Shown: positions 39,772 to 50,236 of the stretch, piece by piece
Position numbering within the stretch: position 1 is the stretch's first letter
Layout: every line of letters begins with the position of its first letter
Origin: a phage
Assembly (NCBI GenBank): GCA_014685065.1
Contig: GCA_014685065.1_4092.1
DNA length: 64,000 nucleotides
Reading direction: 5' to 3' (one strand)
Position numbers and translations under genes: made by a program
The notes under the pieces: model-generated
What the model saw: only the letters and a program-made list of their open reading frames with translations
Databases searched by the model: none
What the model was told of the DNA's origin: nothing

Positions 39772-42700
39772 TTAAGCTGTACGTTGTGCAATAAACATAT
39801 CTACAACTGGACTTACACCATCATAAATGACTTGGTAAATGGTCACAGAGTTTGCAGTTTTGTTTAGAGTGCCATCAACAACCGCATAAGTACCATCAGT
39901 AGTAAAGTTTCTGTTACCAGTTGCATCTTGTTTCACATAAATGTATACTGAAGATGCTTTACCACCACCGATTAGACCAGTGATTGGTGCTAGAGTTGTA
40001 TCTTGATCAAGGGTGATAAAGTATACGTTGCTAGTACCATCAGGAGTCCAAGTACCAGTTGGTGCAATAACAGAAGAAGTTACTTGATTAGGAATAACAT
40101 CATATTTTTTAGTAGTTACAGTAGTAGTAGTTAAATCAGCATTAGTTGTTGTTAGTTGACCAGTAACTGTTACATTTTTGTCAAACACAGCATTTTCTTT
40201 GAAAGAAGATGTTGCATTAACAGTTAATGTATCAGCAGCAGCGTCACCTAGAACAACACTACCATTTGCAGTCATTAAACCAGTAACAGTTAAAGTACCA
40301 CCTACGGTTGCTGCACCAGTTACAGATGCACTAGCAAGAGTAGCTGCACCAGAAGTAGTAATTGTAGTTACAGAAGTAGCACCAAGGGTAGCAGTACCAG
40401 TTGCAGAAATATCACCACCGACAGTTAGGTTACCAGAAGTAATACCAACAGTTCCTGTGATATTCGCACCACTTGACATAGTAACTGCACCACCGAATGA
40501 ACCAGTAGTAGTTACTTCAAGAGTGTTACCTTTTAGTAAACCAGTTGCAGTAATGCTTGTTCCTGCGGTAATACTAGTACCAGCAGCAACACTGTTAGTT
40601 GCAGTTAAAGATTTAACAGCCACATCAGAGTTAGCTTGGTTTAGCGTTGCGTTTAGAACACCCGTTACTGTAAAGTTACCATTGTTAACTACGTTACCAT
40701 TGATGGTTAAGTTGTTGTTTTGTGAACCAACATCACCAATAGTTGCAGATTTAGAAATCAATTCTGCACCAGATGTGATATTACCTGCTGCACTAATAGT
40801 ATCAGCAGCAACAACAGCATATGGTTCGATAGTTTGACCACTAACATCGATATCAGCGTTGATACCACCGTCTACACGCAAGGAACCTGCGATGTAAGTG
40901 TTAGGGAAAATCTGAACTGTTTCTGGTTGATCACCAATTTTTGTACCAATTACAACGTTCGCACCAGTTTTAACTGCACCAGATGTTGTTAGTGAACCTA
41001 AAGTTGCTTCACCAACTACACCTAATGTACCACCTACGGTTGCGTTATTAGTAACTGCCAAAGCTGTTCCTTCACCGTTAAGGGTGATAGATGGAGCAGT
41101 CGCTGCACCAGTTACGCCCAATGTACCACCTACGGTTGCGTTGCCATCAGAATGTAGTGTAGTAGCTACAGAAAGACTGTTTGCAACTACATCAGTACTT
41201 GCAAGATCCAATGCACCTGGTGTTAATGTACCAGTAATGTTAACATTATTACCAAAGGTTGCTGCACCAGTAACATCTAGAGTTGTACTAAATGTACCAG
41301 AAGTTGCAGAAACAGCACCAGAATCTAGTGAACCGACAGTTGCTTTTCCAGTTACACCTAGTGTACCACCTACAGTTGCGTCGGTTGTTACACCTAATGT
41401 ACCAGTACTAACTTCTTGAGCGGTTGCTTTACCAGATGCAGTAATAGTTGAAGTAGATACTCCCCCAGTTAATGTGCTTGCACCAGTTACTGCTAAAGTT
41501 GTTGCTGCTGTTACGCTGTTCACGTTAAGGTCAGCACCAGCTAGGTTCAAACCACCTTCAGGAATAAATTCACCCTTCACTGTTAGTTTTTGTACTGTAC
41601 TATCACCAGTGACTGCTAGTGTAGATGCAGTTAAACCACCATTCATACTAGCTGCACCAGTTACACCGAGTGTAGTGGTTACAACAGCACTATTAAGAGT
41701 AGCAGTGTCGGAAATATTAGCACTTGGTGCAGCAATAGTCCCAGCATCAACTTGAATACCACCAGTAACAACTTGGATACCACCAGCATTAACAGTGAGT
41801 TTACCAGCAGTGTTTAAGGTATTTGATACAGTTGTAGCACCAGATAGTGTACTTGTACCAGTAACACTTAGATTACCAGAAATTATTGGGCTACCAGTTA
41901 CATTACCAGTTGTTAGAATTAAATCAGTACCTACAGTTGTAGAACCAGTACTTTCTAATGTTACACCAACAATGTTAGAAGAACTTAGGTTAATTGAACC
42001 TGTTACAGTCAAGTCACCATTAACAGTTGCGTTACCTAGTGAATTTAATGATTTCACTGAAACATCAGTAGTGCTAAGGTCAATTACACCCGCAGTTAAT
42101 GTACCAGATACAGCCAAATCACCAGTGATTGCAGTGTTTTTAGTAATAGAAACACTTTCAGCAGCAGAAGTTAGAGAACCAACAGTCAAAGCACCGCCGA
42201 CAGTGGCGTTATTAGTAACGTTAAGTGCAGTACCAACACCAGATAGTGTTGCAGACGCACCATTAACAGCACCAGAGATATTTGCATTTGCAGCAGATAC
42301 ATCACCTGAAACAGCCGCAGTTGTTGCATTTACTGTAGTTGCGGTAATATCAGTACTTTGTACTTTTGGTAGTAGGTTAACACCTTCAGCACTACTAACA
42401 GTGATGATTCCAGCACTTGTTAGAGATTTTACTGATACATCAGCAGCAGATAGGTCTACAGTACCAGAAACAACAAGGTCACCACCAATATTTGCACCAG
42501 CAGTTGTTGTGATTGATTTAGCATTAACATCAGTTGTTGTTAAATCAATAGCACCTGGTGTTACTGTACCAGAAACTGTTAGGTCACCAGTAATAGATGT
42601 ATTATTAGCAATAGATACACCCGCAGTATTACCAATGGTTGGAACTTCAATAGAAACTGCTGTAACTTTACCAGAAGATGTTACATCAGCAACAGAAGTT

Positions 42701-45297
42701 GCACCAGTTACATTCAAATTAGTAATATTCGCAGTAGTAGAACCTAGAGTTGCAATTGTCGCATCAGTACTTTGTAGTTTAGGTAGAACACTACTAATAG
42801 TTGATTCATTACTAACGATTGCACCAGTACTGGTTAGAGATTTAACTGTTACATCAGCAGCAGTTAGGTCTACTGTACCGTTAACGGTTAAGTTTCCACC
42901 AATTGTTGCACCAGCAGTTGTTGTGATTGATTTAGCGTTAACATCAGTTGATGCTAGGTCGATAGATCCAGGAATCACAGCACCACTAACAGTTAAGTCA
43001 CCAGTGATAGAAGTATTATTACCAATTGTAACACCAGTTACATTGGAAATAGATGGAGTAACTAGAGATGCAGTTGTTGTTTCACCACTTACATTTAAAG
43101 TTGTTCCGACTACAACATCAGCACTTGTACGAACAGATGCTAGATTAGATGGACCTGTTACCGCAAGTTCAGTTGCATTAACAGTATTAATTGTTGCAGT
43201 AGTACTATTAAGTACTGGTAAAACGTTGGCGTTAACCAAATCATTACTTTTAACAATACCAGAAGTTGTTACAGATTTAACGTTAAGGTCAGCGGCTGAT
43301 AAATCAAATGACCCTTGAACAACTAAATCACCACCAATTGTTGCACCAGCAGTTGTTGTAATAGAGTTTGCATTAATATCAGTAGTGCTTAGATCTAAAG
43401 AACCTACAGTTAAACTACCAGTAATATCAACGTTTTCAGTAAAGTTAGTATTTCCAGTAATAGTTGGAGCAGAAAGACTTGTAGCACTAATAGTTGTACC
43501 ATTAATAGTTCCACCACTTAGTATACCACTTGCAGTAATAGTTGGAGCACTTACTTCAGTGGATGCAGTAATAGATGGTGCAGATACAGATGTTGTACCA
43601 GTAATAACACCAGCATTAATAGAACCAGCAGATAATGCACCAGATAGATTTGCAGTAGTACCTGCAATATCACCTGTAACGGTTAGTTTAGCACCTACAG
43701 TAGTATTTCCAGTACTTTCAAGAGTTGCACCTTTCACGTTTGCAGCAGCTACAACAGAGTTAGGAGTTAAGTTTTGACCACTAACATCAACAGTTAGGCC
43801 AGTAACAGTACCAGTGAAATCAACATCATTAAGAATAGTTTTACCACCAACTTGTAGGAATGGTGTACCTGGGGCTTGTGTTTCATTACCAGTGATAGTT
43901 AGGTAATCTAGTTTGTTAAGACCGTTACCAGTAATACCATAGGTAGATAGTGAAGCATTACCAAAAGTTGCGGTTTTTAGAACATTCAATGTTGCAGGTG
44001 AAACAACTTCTGATTGAACTTCGTTAGGTAAAATAACAGTTGGGCGTTGGCCTGGTGCTGTATATCCAAATCCTAATTTAACTGCTGCATCTTGACTGTT
44101 TTGACCCAAGCTAATGGATTTGAAAGAAGCAGTACTATTAAAGCCAGTGATATTTGAACCTAAAGTTACTGCACCAGTTAGTGAAGATGTACCAGTAACA
44201 TTCAATGAAACTGCATTAATATCGTCAAGTTGGAATGTACCACCTAGTAGACCAGAAACGTTAATGTTATTAAAGTTTGCGGTTCCTGTACTTTCAATAT
44301 TTGGAATAGTTGCTGTACCAGTAACTTCAAAGTCAGCAACTTTGGTTTTACCCTTTTGAACTTCCAATAGTGGGGTGTCTGGTGATTGAGTATTGTTACC
44401 AGATACAGTTAGGTAATCTAGTTTGTTAAGACCGTTACCAGTAATACCATAAGAAGAAAGAGAAGCGTTACCAAATGTTGCAGATGTCAAAACTGTTAAA
44501 TTTGCAGGTGACATTAATTCAGATTGAATTTCGTTTTGAAGAACTACAGTAGGACGTTTACCCGGAGCACTGTAAGGGAAGCTTAGTCTGAAGGTTTGAG
44601 ATTCAGAGTTGGAACCAATACGAATGTCTTTAAAAGTAGCAGTACTGTTAATACCAGTTACGTTAGCACCGAAAGTCACTGCACCTTGTTGGTTAGATGC
44701 ACCAGAAACGTTCAATGTTACTGCATTTAAGTCAGAAAGATTAAACTGACCACCTAATGTACCACTAATGGTTACATCTTTAAAAGTAGCAGTTCCAGTA
44801 CTACTAATATCGGTTGTACTTACATTAGTAATTTCTGCGGTATTAGCAGTAATTTTATCAAATGCAGCAGTAGTACCAACATCAGCAGTAATATTACCTT
44901 TAAATGCTGTTGTTTCAGCAACTTCTAAGTTTTTAACTTTAGTTGCTTGTAGAGTGGTTGTACCAGCAGTTTGTGTAAAATCAGAACCAACTGATACAGT
45001 ACCGTTAAAGGTAGCGTTTGAATTAATTGTTGCTGTATCAGACCCGACAACTGCACTACCGATTGTAGTATTACCCTCAACACCAAGACCACCAGAAAGT
45101 GTTGCTTTGCCACCAACATCTAAAGTAGATGTAATGTTGGCAGTTGATGATTCAATGGCAGTAAAAGTTGCATTTGCAAAAGTTACAGTACCATTTACAG
45201 TTAGGTTATTATTGAAAACAGCATTTCCTTTGACTAAAAGATCCTTACCAACCGTACCAGCACCAGTAATATCTAAGTCAGTTTTTATTGAGTACAT
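39772..45297 (-). CDS. long tail fibre protein (1841 aa) with extensive T/G/S/A/V-rich repeats
   Basis: continuous ORF, GGAGGG RBS, low-complexity beta-strand-like repeats. Confidence 0.6.
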   Translation of the reverse strand: MYSIKTDLDITGAGTVGKDLLVKGNAVFNNNLTVNGTVTFANATFTAIESSTANITSTLDVGGKATLSGGLGVEGNTTIGSAVVGSDTATINSNATFNGTVSVGSDFTQTAGTTTLQATKVKNLEVAETTAFKGNITADVGTTAAFDKITANTAEITNVSTTDISSTGTATFKDVTISGTLGGQFNLSDLNAVTLNVSGASNQQGAVTFGANVTGINSTATFKDIRIGSNSESQTFRLSFPYSAPGKRPTVVLQNEIQSELMSPANLTVLTSATFGNASLSSYGITGNGLNKLDYLTVSGNNTQSPDTPLLEVQKGKTKVADFEVTGTATIPNIESTGTANFNNINVSGLLGGTFQLDDINAVSLNVTGTSSLTGAVTLGSNITGFNSTASFKSISLGQNSQDAAVKLGFGYTAPGQRPTVILPNEVQSEVVSPATLNVLKTATFGNASLSTYGITGNGLNKLDYLTITGNETQAPGTPFLQVGGKTILNDVDFTGTVTGLTVDVSGQNLTPNSVVAAANVKGATLESTGNTTVGAKLTVTGDIAGTTANLSGALSAGSINAGVITGTTSVSAPSITASTEVSAPTITASGILSGGTINGTTISATSLSAPTITGNTNFTENVDITGSLTVGSLDLSTTDINANSITTTAGATIGGDLVVQGSFDLSAADLNVKSVTTSGIVKSNDLVNANVLPVLNSTTATINTVNATELAVTGPSNLASVRTSADVVVGTTLNVSGETTTASLVTPSISNVTGVTIGNNTSITGDLTVSGAVIPGSIDLASTDVNAKSITTTAGATIGGNLTVNGTVDLTAADVTVKSLTSTGAIVSNESTISSVLPKLQSTDATIATLGSTTANITNLNVTGATSVADVTSSGKVTAVSIEVPTIGNTAGVSIANNTSITGDLTVSGTVTPGAIDLTTTDVNAKSITTTAGANIGGDLVVSGTVDLSAADVSVKSLTSAGIITVSSAEGVNLLPKVQSTDITATTVNATTAAVSGDVSAANANISGAVNGASATLSGVGTALNVTNNATVGGALTVGSLTSAAESVSITKNTAITGDLAVSGTLTAGVIDLSTTDVSVKSLNSLGNATVNGDLTVTGSINLSSSNIVGVTLESTGSTTVGTDLILTTGNVTGSPIISGNLSVTGTSTLSGATTVSNTLNTAGKLTVNAGGIQVVTGGIQVDAGTIAAPSANISDTATLNSAVVTTTLGVTGAASMNGGLTASTLAVTGDSTVQKLTVKGEFIPEGGLNLAGADLNVNSVTAATTLAVTGASTLTGGVSTSTITASGKATAQEVSTGTLGVTTDATVGGTLGVTGKATVGSLDSGAVSATSGTFSTTLDVTGAATFGNNVNITGTLTPGALDLASTDVVANSLSVATTLHSDGNATVGGTLGVTGAATAPSITLNGEGTALAVTNNATVGGTLGVVGEATLGSLTTSGAVKTGANVVIGTKIGDQPETVQIFPNTYIAGSLRVDGGINADIDVSGQTIEPYAVVAADTISAAGNITSGAELISKSATIGDVGSQNNNLTINGNVVNNGNFTVTGVLNATLNQANSDVAVKSLTATNSVAAGTSITAGTSITATGLLKGNTLEVTTTGSFGGAVTMSSGANITGTVGITSGNLTVGGDISATGTATLGATSVTTITTSGAATLASASVTGAATVGGTLTVTGLMTANGSVVLGDAAADTLTVNATSSFKENAVFDKNVTVTGQLTTTNADLTTTTVTTKKYDVIPNQVTSSVIAPTGTWTPDGTSNVYFITLDQDTTLAPITGLIGGGKASSVYIYVKQDATGNRNFTTDGTYAVVDGTLNKTANSVTIYQVIYDGVSPVVDMFIAQRTA

Positions 45298-45390
45298 TTA
45301 TACCCTCCATTATAACCTTGTTAATATGTATATATTTAGTTTTATTATGCTGTTATCCAACAATTAATACATTATTTGACAAAAGCAAAT

Positions 45391-45428
45391 ATAATAAAAA
45401 ACCAGACTTATTTAGAACAAGTCTGGTT
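45391..45428 (-). terminator. intrinsic terminator (minus strand)
   Basis: AACCAGACTT / AAGTCTGGTT hairpin then TTTTATTAT on minus strand. Confidence 0.6.
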
Positions 45429-45434
45429 AATTTT

Positions 45435-46331
45435 TTACTTACCGGAGATGACAATCTTACCACTGAAAGAAATATCAGAAGTGAAGATTACATCACCAGT
45501 ACTACTAATTTGTGTATCAGTCACTACCAACTCGAATGGAGATGACGCAACACTTCCAGGTGTTTTATTTGCATAAATTGAAATATACAAATTATCTGGG
45601 GTTTGATTGTGTTCGGATGCTGGAATAGTGATTGTGAAATCACCAGCACTAGAAACCCAATCTGCTTGGTTTACTAATTTACTATAAGGTACTGTCATTG
45701 TGGTTGCTCCTATAATGTTTACTTTAACACTTGCATAATCTGTGATTTGACCAATCACATCAATTGTTATATCCCCAATACCACTAACTGTTACTGTGGT
45801 TTGGAATACTGATTCCAATGCAACATTACCTGGGTCACCTTGTAGTTGAATCATAATATCAGAACCTCTACCATGAACTGATTCTGGTAGTGTGTAAGTA
45901 TAATGATCAGTAGTATCTGGTACTAATGTAAATGCAGAAACAGGAACTATTTCAGTAGTTACATATGAGCTATCAGTTCCAGGTGAGCTACCTTTAAATG
46001 GTTTCCAAATACCAAGATCTTTAATATAAATTTGAAGAACATTAGTACTATCAACCAAAAAGTAAACGTCACCATCTAGACCAATAGAATCGGATGGTGC
46101 TGTTGTTCCACGTAAGATACCAGAACTACCACCACCACTGTGTGCGTTTAAATATCCCAATGTAACCAAGTGTGTGTTTGCAGTTGGTTCACCTGCTGAA
46201 ATTGGAAGAAGTTGTGTTCCTGAGTAGTTTTGAATTTGCACAACACTACCATTTGTGGTAATCTGTGCACCATTCTTCCCAAGAATGAAGGACTTCTTCA
46301 TGGTTCCTTCTAAATTAGAAAAAACTGCCAT
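45435..46331 (-). CDS. short tail fibre / receptor-binding protein with conserved N-terminal anchor
   Basis: N-terminus MAVFSNLEGTMKKSFILGKNGAQI shared with next gene; AAGGAG RBS. Confidence 0.5.
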   Translation of the reverse strand: MAVFSNLEGTMKKSFILGKNGAQITTNGSVVQIQNYSGTQLLPISAGEPTANTHLVTLGYLNAHSGGGSSGILRGTTAPSDSIGLDGDVYFLVDSTNVLQIYIKDLGIWKPFKGSSPGTDSSYVTTEIVPVSAFTLVPDTTDHYTYTLPESVHGRGSDIMIQLQGDPGNVALESVFQTTVTVSGIGDITIDVIGQITDYASVKVNIIGATTMTVPYSKLVNQADWVSSAGDFTITIPASEHNQTPDNLYISIYANKTPGSVASSPFELVVTDTQISSTGDVIFTSDISFSGKIVISGK

Positions 46332-46347
46332 TTTAATATAATCTCCT

Positions 46348-48489
46348 TTATGGTAGGGTTATGTAAGTTACGGGTTGGGCGGCTTTTAATGCTGCACCAG
46401 CGGCAGTTGCTGTTATGATAGGATCTGCAATATCAATTCTATATACGTTGTTTACAACATACACTGCACGAGTTATATACGTTCTCAAATCACCACCATT
46501 TTCACCAGCACCAGATATAATAATCTCAGTACCAGCAGCTTTTGCATATTGGTTTTCACCCCATGACACACCCAATGCTTCTATATATGTTTGTCCTACT
46601 ACGGTTTGTCTAATAGTGTCGTATTTTCCGAAAAAAGAACCACCAACGGTCACAATATATTTTCCACCAGATTGCTTATGTATAATAGTACCTTCTGGGA
46701 AATAACGACCACCCGGAAAAGTGTCGTAGGGAATATAATATTGTTCAACTACTGGTATCAGTACTGGGCCACGGTGACCTGTACCATCGATTGCAGTTGT
46801 AACTTTAAAGTTATTAGATGATTGGTCTATTCTGTCTACATACATTTTAGAAAAACTATATTTTGAAACATTACAATCATCTTGAACAACACAGTTAGTC
46901 CAATTAGTATAAGTATATTTAGAGCGAGTATAGATACCACCACCTTCGCCTTCTGTAGAGAGATGTTGACCAATTACGTCTAATTCTTTAGTTCTAATAT
47001 CACTAAATTTAGATGATGATGGTAAACCACGCCAAAGAATTTTAGAACAGGTGATATTGCTCAATTCTGTATTATTTAACCAATTGTCAGAACCGGAAGT
47101 ATAAACAAGTATAGAAGACTCTGGAATATAGAGATTAGAAATTTTAAAGTTTCTAGGTGGTCCAGCAAAACGACCAGAAGTTACACCCCAGTTTATTGAA
47201 ACCATTCTATTTGTGATAGAAGGATCATTAAGCAAATGACCAGTCAACCCATCAATAATGAATTCTTTAGAACCATAAGTTATAACACCAGCAGTGGTTA
47301 ATCCAGTACCGACAGAAACTAAAGATGATGGATAAACTTCATTATTAAGTATTTTAAAGTCCATGCCTAATTCAACGTGGATACATTGTCTAACATTATA
47401 TAGTCTGTTATTTTTAATAACAAAGTTTCTGACATATTGTGTATCTGGTGCATCTAAACCATAAGGACCAGAACCAGCAACACCAATACCAATACCCCAG
47501 TTTGAAAGTGGGATTGGAGCGTTAGAACCATCAACGTTTTCAATTATGTTCCCTTCAATAACAAAACCATCAGGATAGTGTGAGTTAATTACGTTTAGTT
47601 CAATTGCATCACCATATATATCATGTATGTGGTTATATGAATATCTACCAACCTTCATTTTCTCACCAGTACCTTGTTGAAGAACACCATACTTACATTG
47701 GGTCATTTCATTAAAGCAAAAATCTATTGTACCTGGTTGTGTCATGCCTTGCATTAAAAATGCAGCAGTACTTGTGATGTTTATAAATTTATTAAAATAA
47801 AACTTACCATCGCCACCGAAGAATTTTAAATAACATCCAGTAAGTGTTGCAAATTGTATTTGGGAATTAATAACGGATACCATAGTACCACCGTTACCAG
47901 TAATAGTTCCCCCAAACCAAGTTACATCTTCCAGATATATTGCCGTTTTGATACGGTAATTACCACCAGCCTGAATTTGTATTTTATTTTCTTTAGCATA
48001 CGCAGCACATAAATTTACAGCAGCAGTGTCATCAGTTTCGCCATCACCTTTAGCACCAAATTCTTCTGGTGTTATATAAAACTGTGCCTGTTGAACTGTA
48101 CCTCCAGTAATAAGTCCGATGAAATCTCCACCATTTTTACTGGATAGAACTTTTTTATTAATGTATAATGATTTTACCCATGTACCATTGCTTTTTGCAA
48201 AAATATCAACAATACCATCTTCATCAATTTGAAAATACGTATTATTGTTCTTTCCTATATCATCGGTAGGTGGTACAACACCAAATAATGCATTAGGGTT
48301 ATCTTCAAGATATTTTACGTTAACTGCTGAATTAGGATCAGATGAAGTTCCTACCTTCAGTGGTAGGAACTGTTCTCCTAGATAATCTTTTATAGAAACT
48401 GAATCATTGATAAAATTTATTGAAGCACCTTTTTTCCCCAATATGAATTTGGGCTGCATAGTTCCTTCAAAATTAGAAAATACTGCCAT
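46348..48489 (-). CDS. tailspike with right-handed beta-helix (pectate-lyase-like) domain, probable polysaccharide depolymerase
   Basis: N-terminal anchor MAVFSNFEGTMQPKFILGKKGASI; beta-helix-like repeats with GDAIEL, NNRLYN motifs; GGGAGGA RBS. Confidence 0.55.
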   Translation of the reverse strand: MAVFSNFEGTMQPKFILGKKGASINFINDSVSIKDYLGEQFLPLKVGTSSDPNSAVNVKYLEDNPNALFGVVPPTDDIGKNNNTYFQIDEDGIVDIFAKSNGTWVKSLYINKKVLSSKNGGDFIGLITGGTVQQAQFYITPEEFGAKGDGETDDTAAVNLCAAYAKENKIQIQAGGNYRIKTAIYLEDVTWFGGTITGNGGTMVSVINSQIQFATLTGCYLKFFGGDGKFYFNKFINITSTAAFLMQGMTQPGTIDFCFNEMTQCKYGVLQQGTGEKMKVGRYSYNHIHDIYGDAIELNVINSHYPDGFVIEGNIIENVDGSNAPIPLSNWGIGIGVAGSGPYGLDAPDTQYVRNFVIKNNRLYNVRQCIHVELGMDFKILNNEVYPSSLVSVGTGLTTAGVITYGSKEFIIDGLTGHLLNDPSITNRMVSINWGVTSGRFAGPPRNFKISNLYIPESSILVYTSGSDNWLNNTELSNITCSKILWRGLPSSSKFSDIRTKELDVIGQHLSTEGEGGGIYTRSKYTYTNWTNCVVQDDCNVSKYSFSKMYVDRIDQSSNNFKVTTAIDGTGHRGPVLIPVVEQYYIPYDTFPGGRYFPEGTIIHKQSGGKYIVTVGGSFFGKYDTIRQTVVGQTYIEALGVSWGENQYAKAAGTEIIISGAGENGGDLRTYITRAVYVVNNVYRIDIADPIITATAAGAALKAAQPVTYITLP

Positions 48490-48503
48490 TATGACATCCT
48501 CCC

Positions 48504-49619
48504 TTAAATATTATCTTGAATCGGTTGGATAGGAGCTTGCCATGAAAGAGTACAAATAATTTCCATTTTTCCATAAGGACTGTTGTTAACAGAATCGTTG
48601 AATACACATGAAATAATTTCATCAACATCGGATGCTGCATGATTAGTTTCATTAACAATAAAACGCATCTGACGATTGATATCAAAGTAGGAAGTTGGTG
48701 CAATTACAGTCCCACCAATATCTTCTTGTGCTTCACCACCAAAACGTACAAACATATCAGTTACAGGAAGAGAATAAGGTTGTATAACGTTTACATCAAT
48801 ATTAGAAACTACATATCCAGCAGGACACGTACCAATAACTAATAGTGCGTTAGTCCATGAGCTATCTATTGTATTTCTAATAGAAATTGTATCTTTACCT
48901 GGTGCACCTGGTTCGCCTTGTATACCTTGAATACCTTGCTGACCTTCTTTACCACGGAATAGAATACCATCACTCCACTCTTTTGAAGGAGGGGTAGTTG
49001 TAGTTACTTCATCAACATAATATAGTTTTCCATCAGTGTTGTTATAAAAACAATAATCAACTGGAAGATTTTCAATACTTGGAAATTGATCACCACTGCT
49101 ATCAATATGGAAACGACCACGCGGACCTTGTTCACCACGGAAAGGGATACCATCACTCCAAGTGGCAGTTACACTTTGATAGAAATAAAGCTTACCATCT
49201 TGAGTATTATAAAATGTATAGTTATTAAAAAGACCAGTTGTTGGGAAAGAAGTCCCAGCACTATCAATGTGGAACGGCTTACCCGCTTCACCAGTATCAC
49301 CTTTACCAAACTCAACACTAATCCATGTACTTGTCGGATCTTGTGCATCGTTTGATTTAAAGTATAGAGTACTGGTATTGTTAGCCAAGCTTAAGTAGCA
49401 CCACCCAAGTGGTTCACCAACTTTAAATTGTTCGGAAGGAATTTCAAAACCAATCTCATTAGGATAAAAGTTTTTACCATTCTCGCCATTCTGTCCTACA
49501 ACAAGACCTAAATCTTGAATTGTGTTATCTGCATAGGTTACAATTAAATGCCCAGCACCATTAATAACTAGACTTTTGATGCCGGAGTTATTACATGAAC
49601 CATTAAATGAAATTGTCAT
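48504..49619 (-). CDS. fibre protein with collagen-like Gly-X-Y tracts and triplicated module
   Basis: GEQGPRGRF and GKEGQQGIQGIQGEPGAPGKD; ATG 49619 with AAGGGA RBS preferred over TTG at 49655. Confidence 0.5.
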   Translation of the reverse strand: MTISFNGSCNNSGIKSLVINGAGHLIVTYADNTIQDLGLVVGQNGENGKNFYPNEIGFEIPSEQFKVGEPLGWCYLSLANNTSTLYFKSNDAQDPTSTWISVEFGKGDTGEAGKPFHIDSAGTSFPTTGLFNNYTFYNTQDGKLYFYQSVTATWSDGIPFRGEQGPRGRFHIDSSGDQFPSIENLPVDYCFYNNTDGKLYYVDEVTTTTPPSKEWSDGILFRGKEGQQGIQGIQGEPGAPGKDTISIRNTIDSSWTNALLVIGTCPAGYVVSNIDVNVIQPYSLPVTDMFVRFGGEAQEDIGGTVIAPTSYFDINRQMRFIVNETNHAASDVDEIISCVFNDSVNNSPYGKMEIICTLSWQAPIQPIQDNI

Positions 49620-49729
49620 AATATTTCCCTTGTATGAGTTAATGTCATATACCAATATTTATCAGTACAAAATACATTTCGTTATCATTAATAAATAAAT
49701 GAAAGTTCACTACTAAAAGGGCTTAAACA

Positions 49730-50227
49730 ATGGCATTAAGATCAAAAGACTTTCTCTTCAGAAGAAAAACAAAAGATGGTTCATGGCAAGATTTTCCTGA
49801 ATCTGATAGCTGGTATCCAGCTAACTTGGATTATCACTGGAATGAACAAACGTTACCACTAGCAAGTGGTGGCTACTATGGCTGTACTACAGGTTTACAT
49901 ACGATTTCATTTACACTACGTAATTTTATTGGTAGAATTTATGTGTTAGCTACATTAGCTAGTAATCCTACTGATGATGATTGGTTTCCAATTAAATTCA
50001 CTGAAAGTTGTAATTATTATCTTGAATTTACTGATATGGTTATTTTAAATCCAAATGGTGGGGATTTAATTAGACAACAAGGAACAACCGGAACATTTGC
50101 TGAAACAGTAACTGGTAATTTTACTTACCTTAAAGTTGGTATAGACCGTGATTATATTAGTAAGTATCCATCAGATGTCCAAAAAAGTTTAGCTGGGAAG
50201 TTAGAACAAATTTTAATTAACTACTAA
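49730..50227 (+). CDS. hypothetical tail-associated protein
   Basis: ORF 165 aa. Confidence 0.45.
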   Translation: MALRSKDFLFRRKTKDGSWQDFPESDSWYPANLDYHWNEQTLPLASGGYYGCTTGLHTISFTLRNFIGRIYVLATLASNPTDDDWFPIKFTESCNYYLEFTDMVILNPNGGDLIRQQGTTGTFAETVTGNFTYLKVGIDRDYISKYPSDVQKSLAGKLEQILINY

Positions 50228-50236
50228 GGATTAGAA

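Noticed and set aside
40178-45367. Long plus-strand ORFs (up to 507 aa; P/V/A/T-rich) in the track
   Set aside because: They lie antisense to the 1841-aa fibre gene, lack RBSs and are products of repetitive composition.
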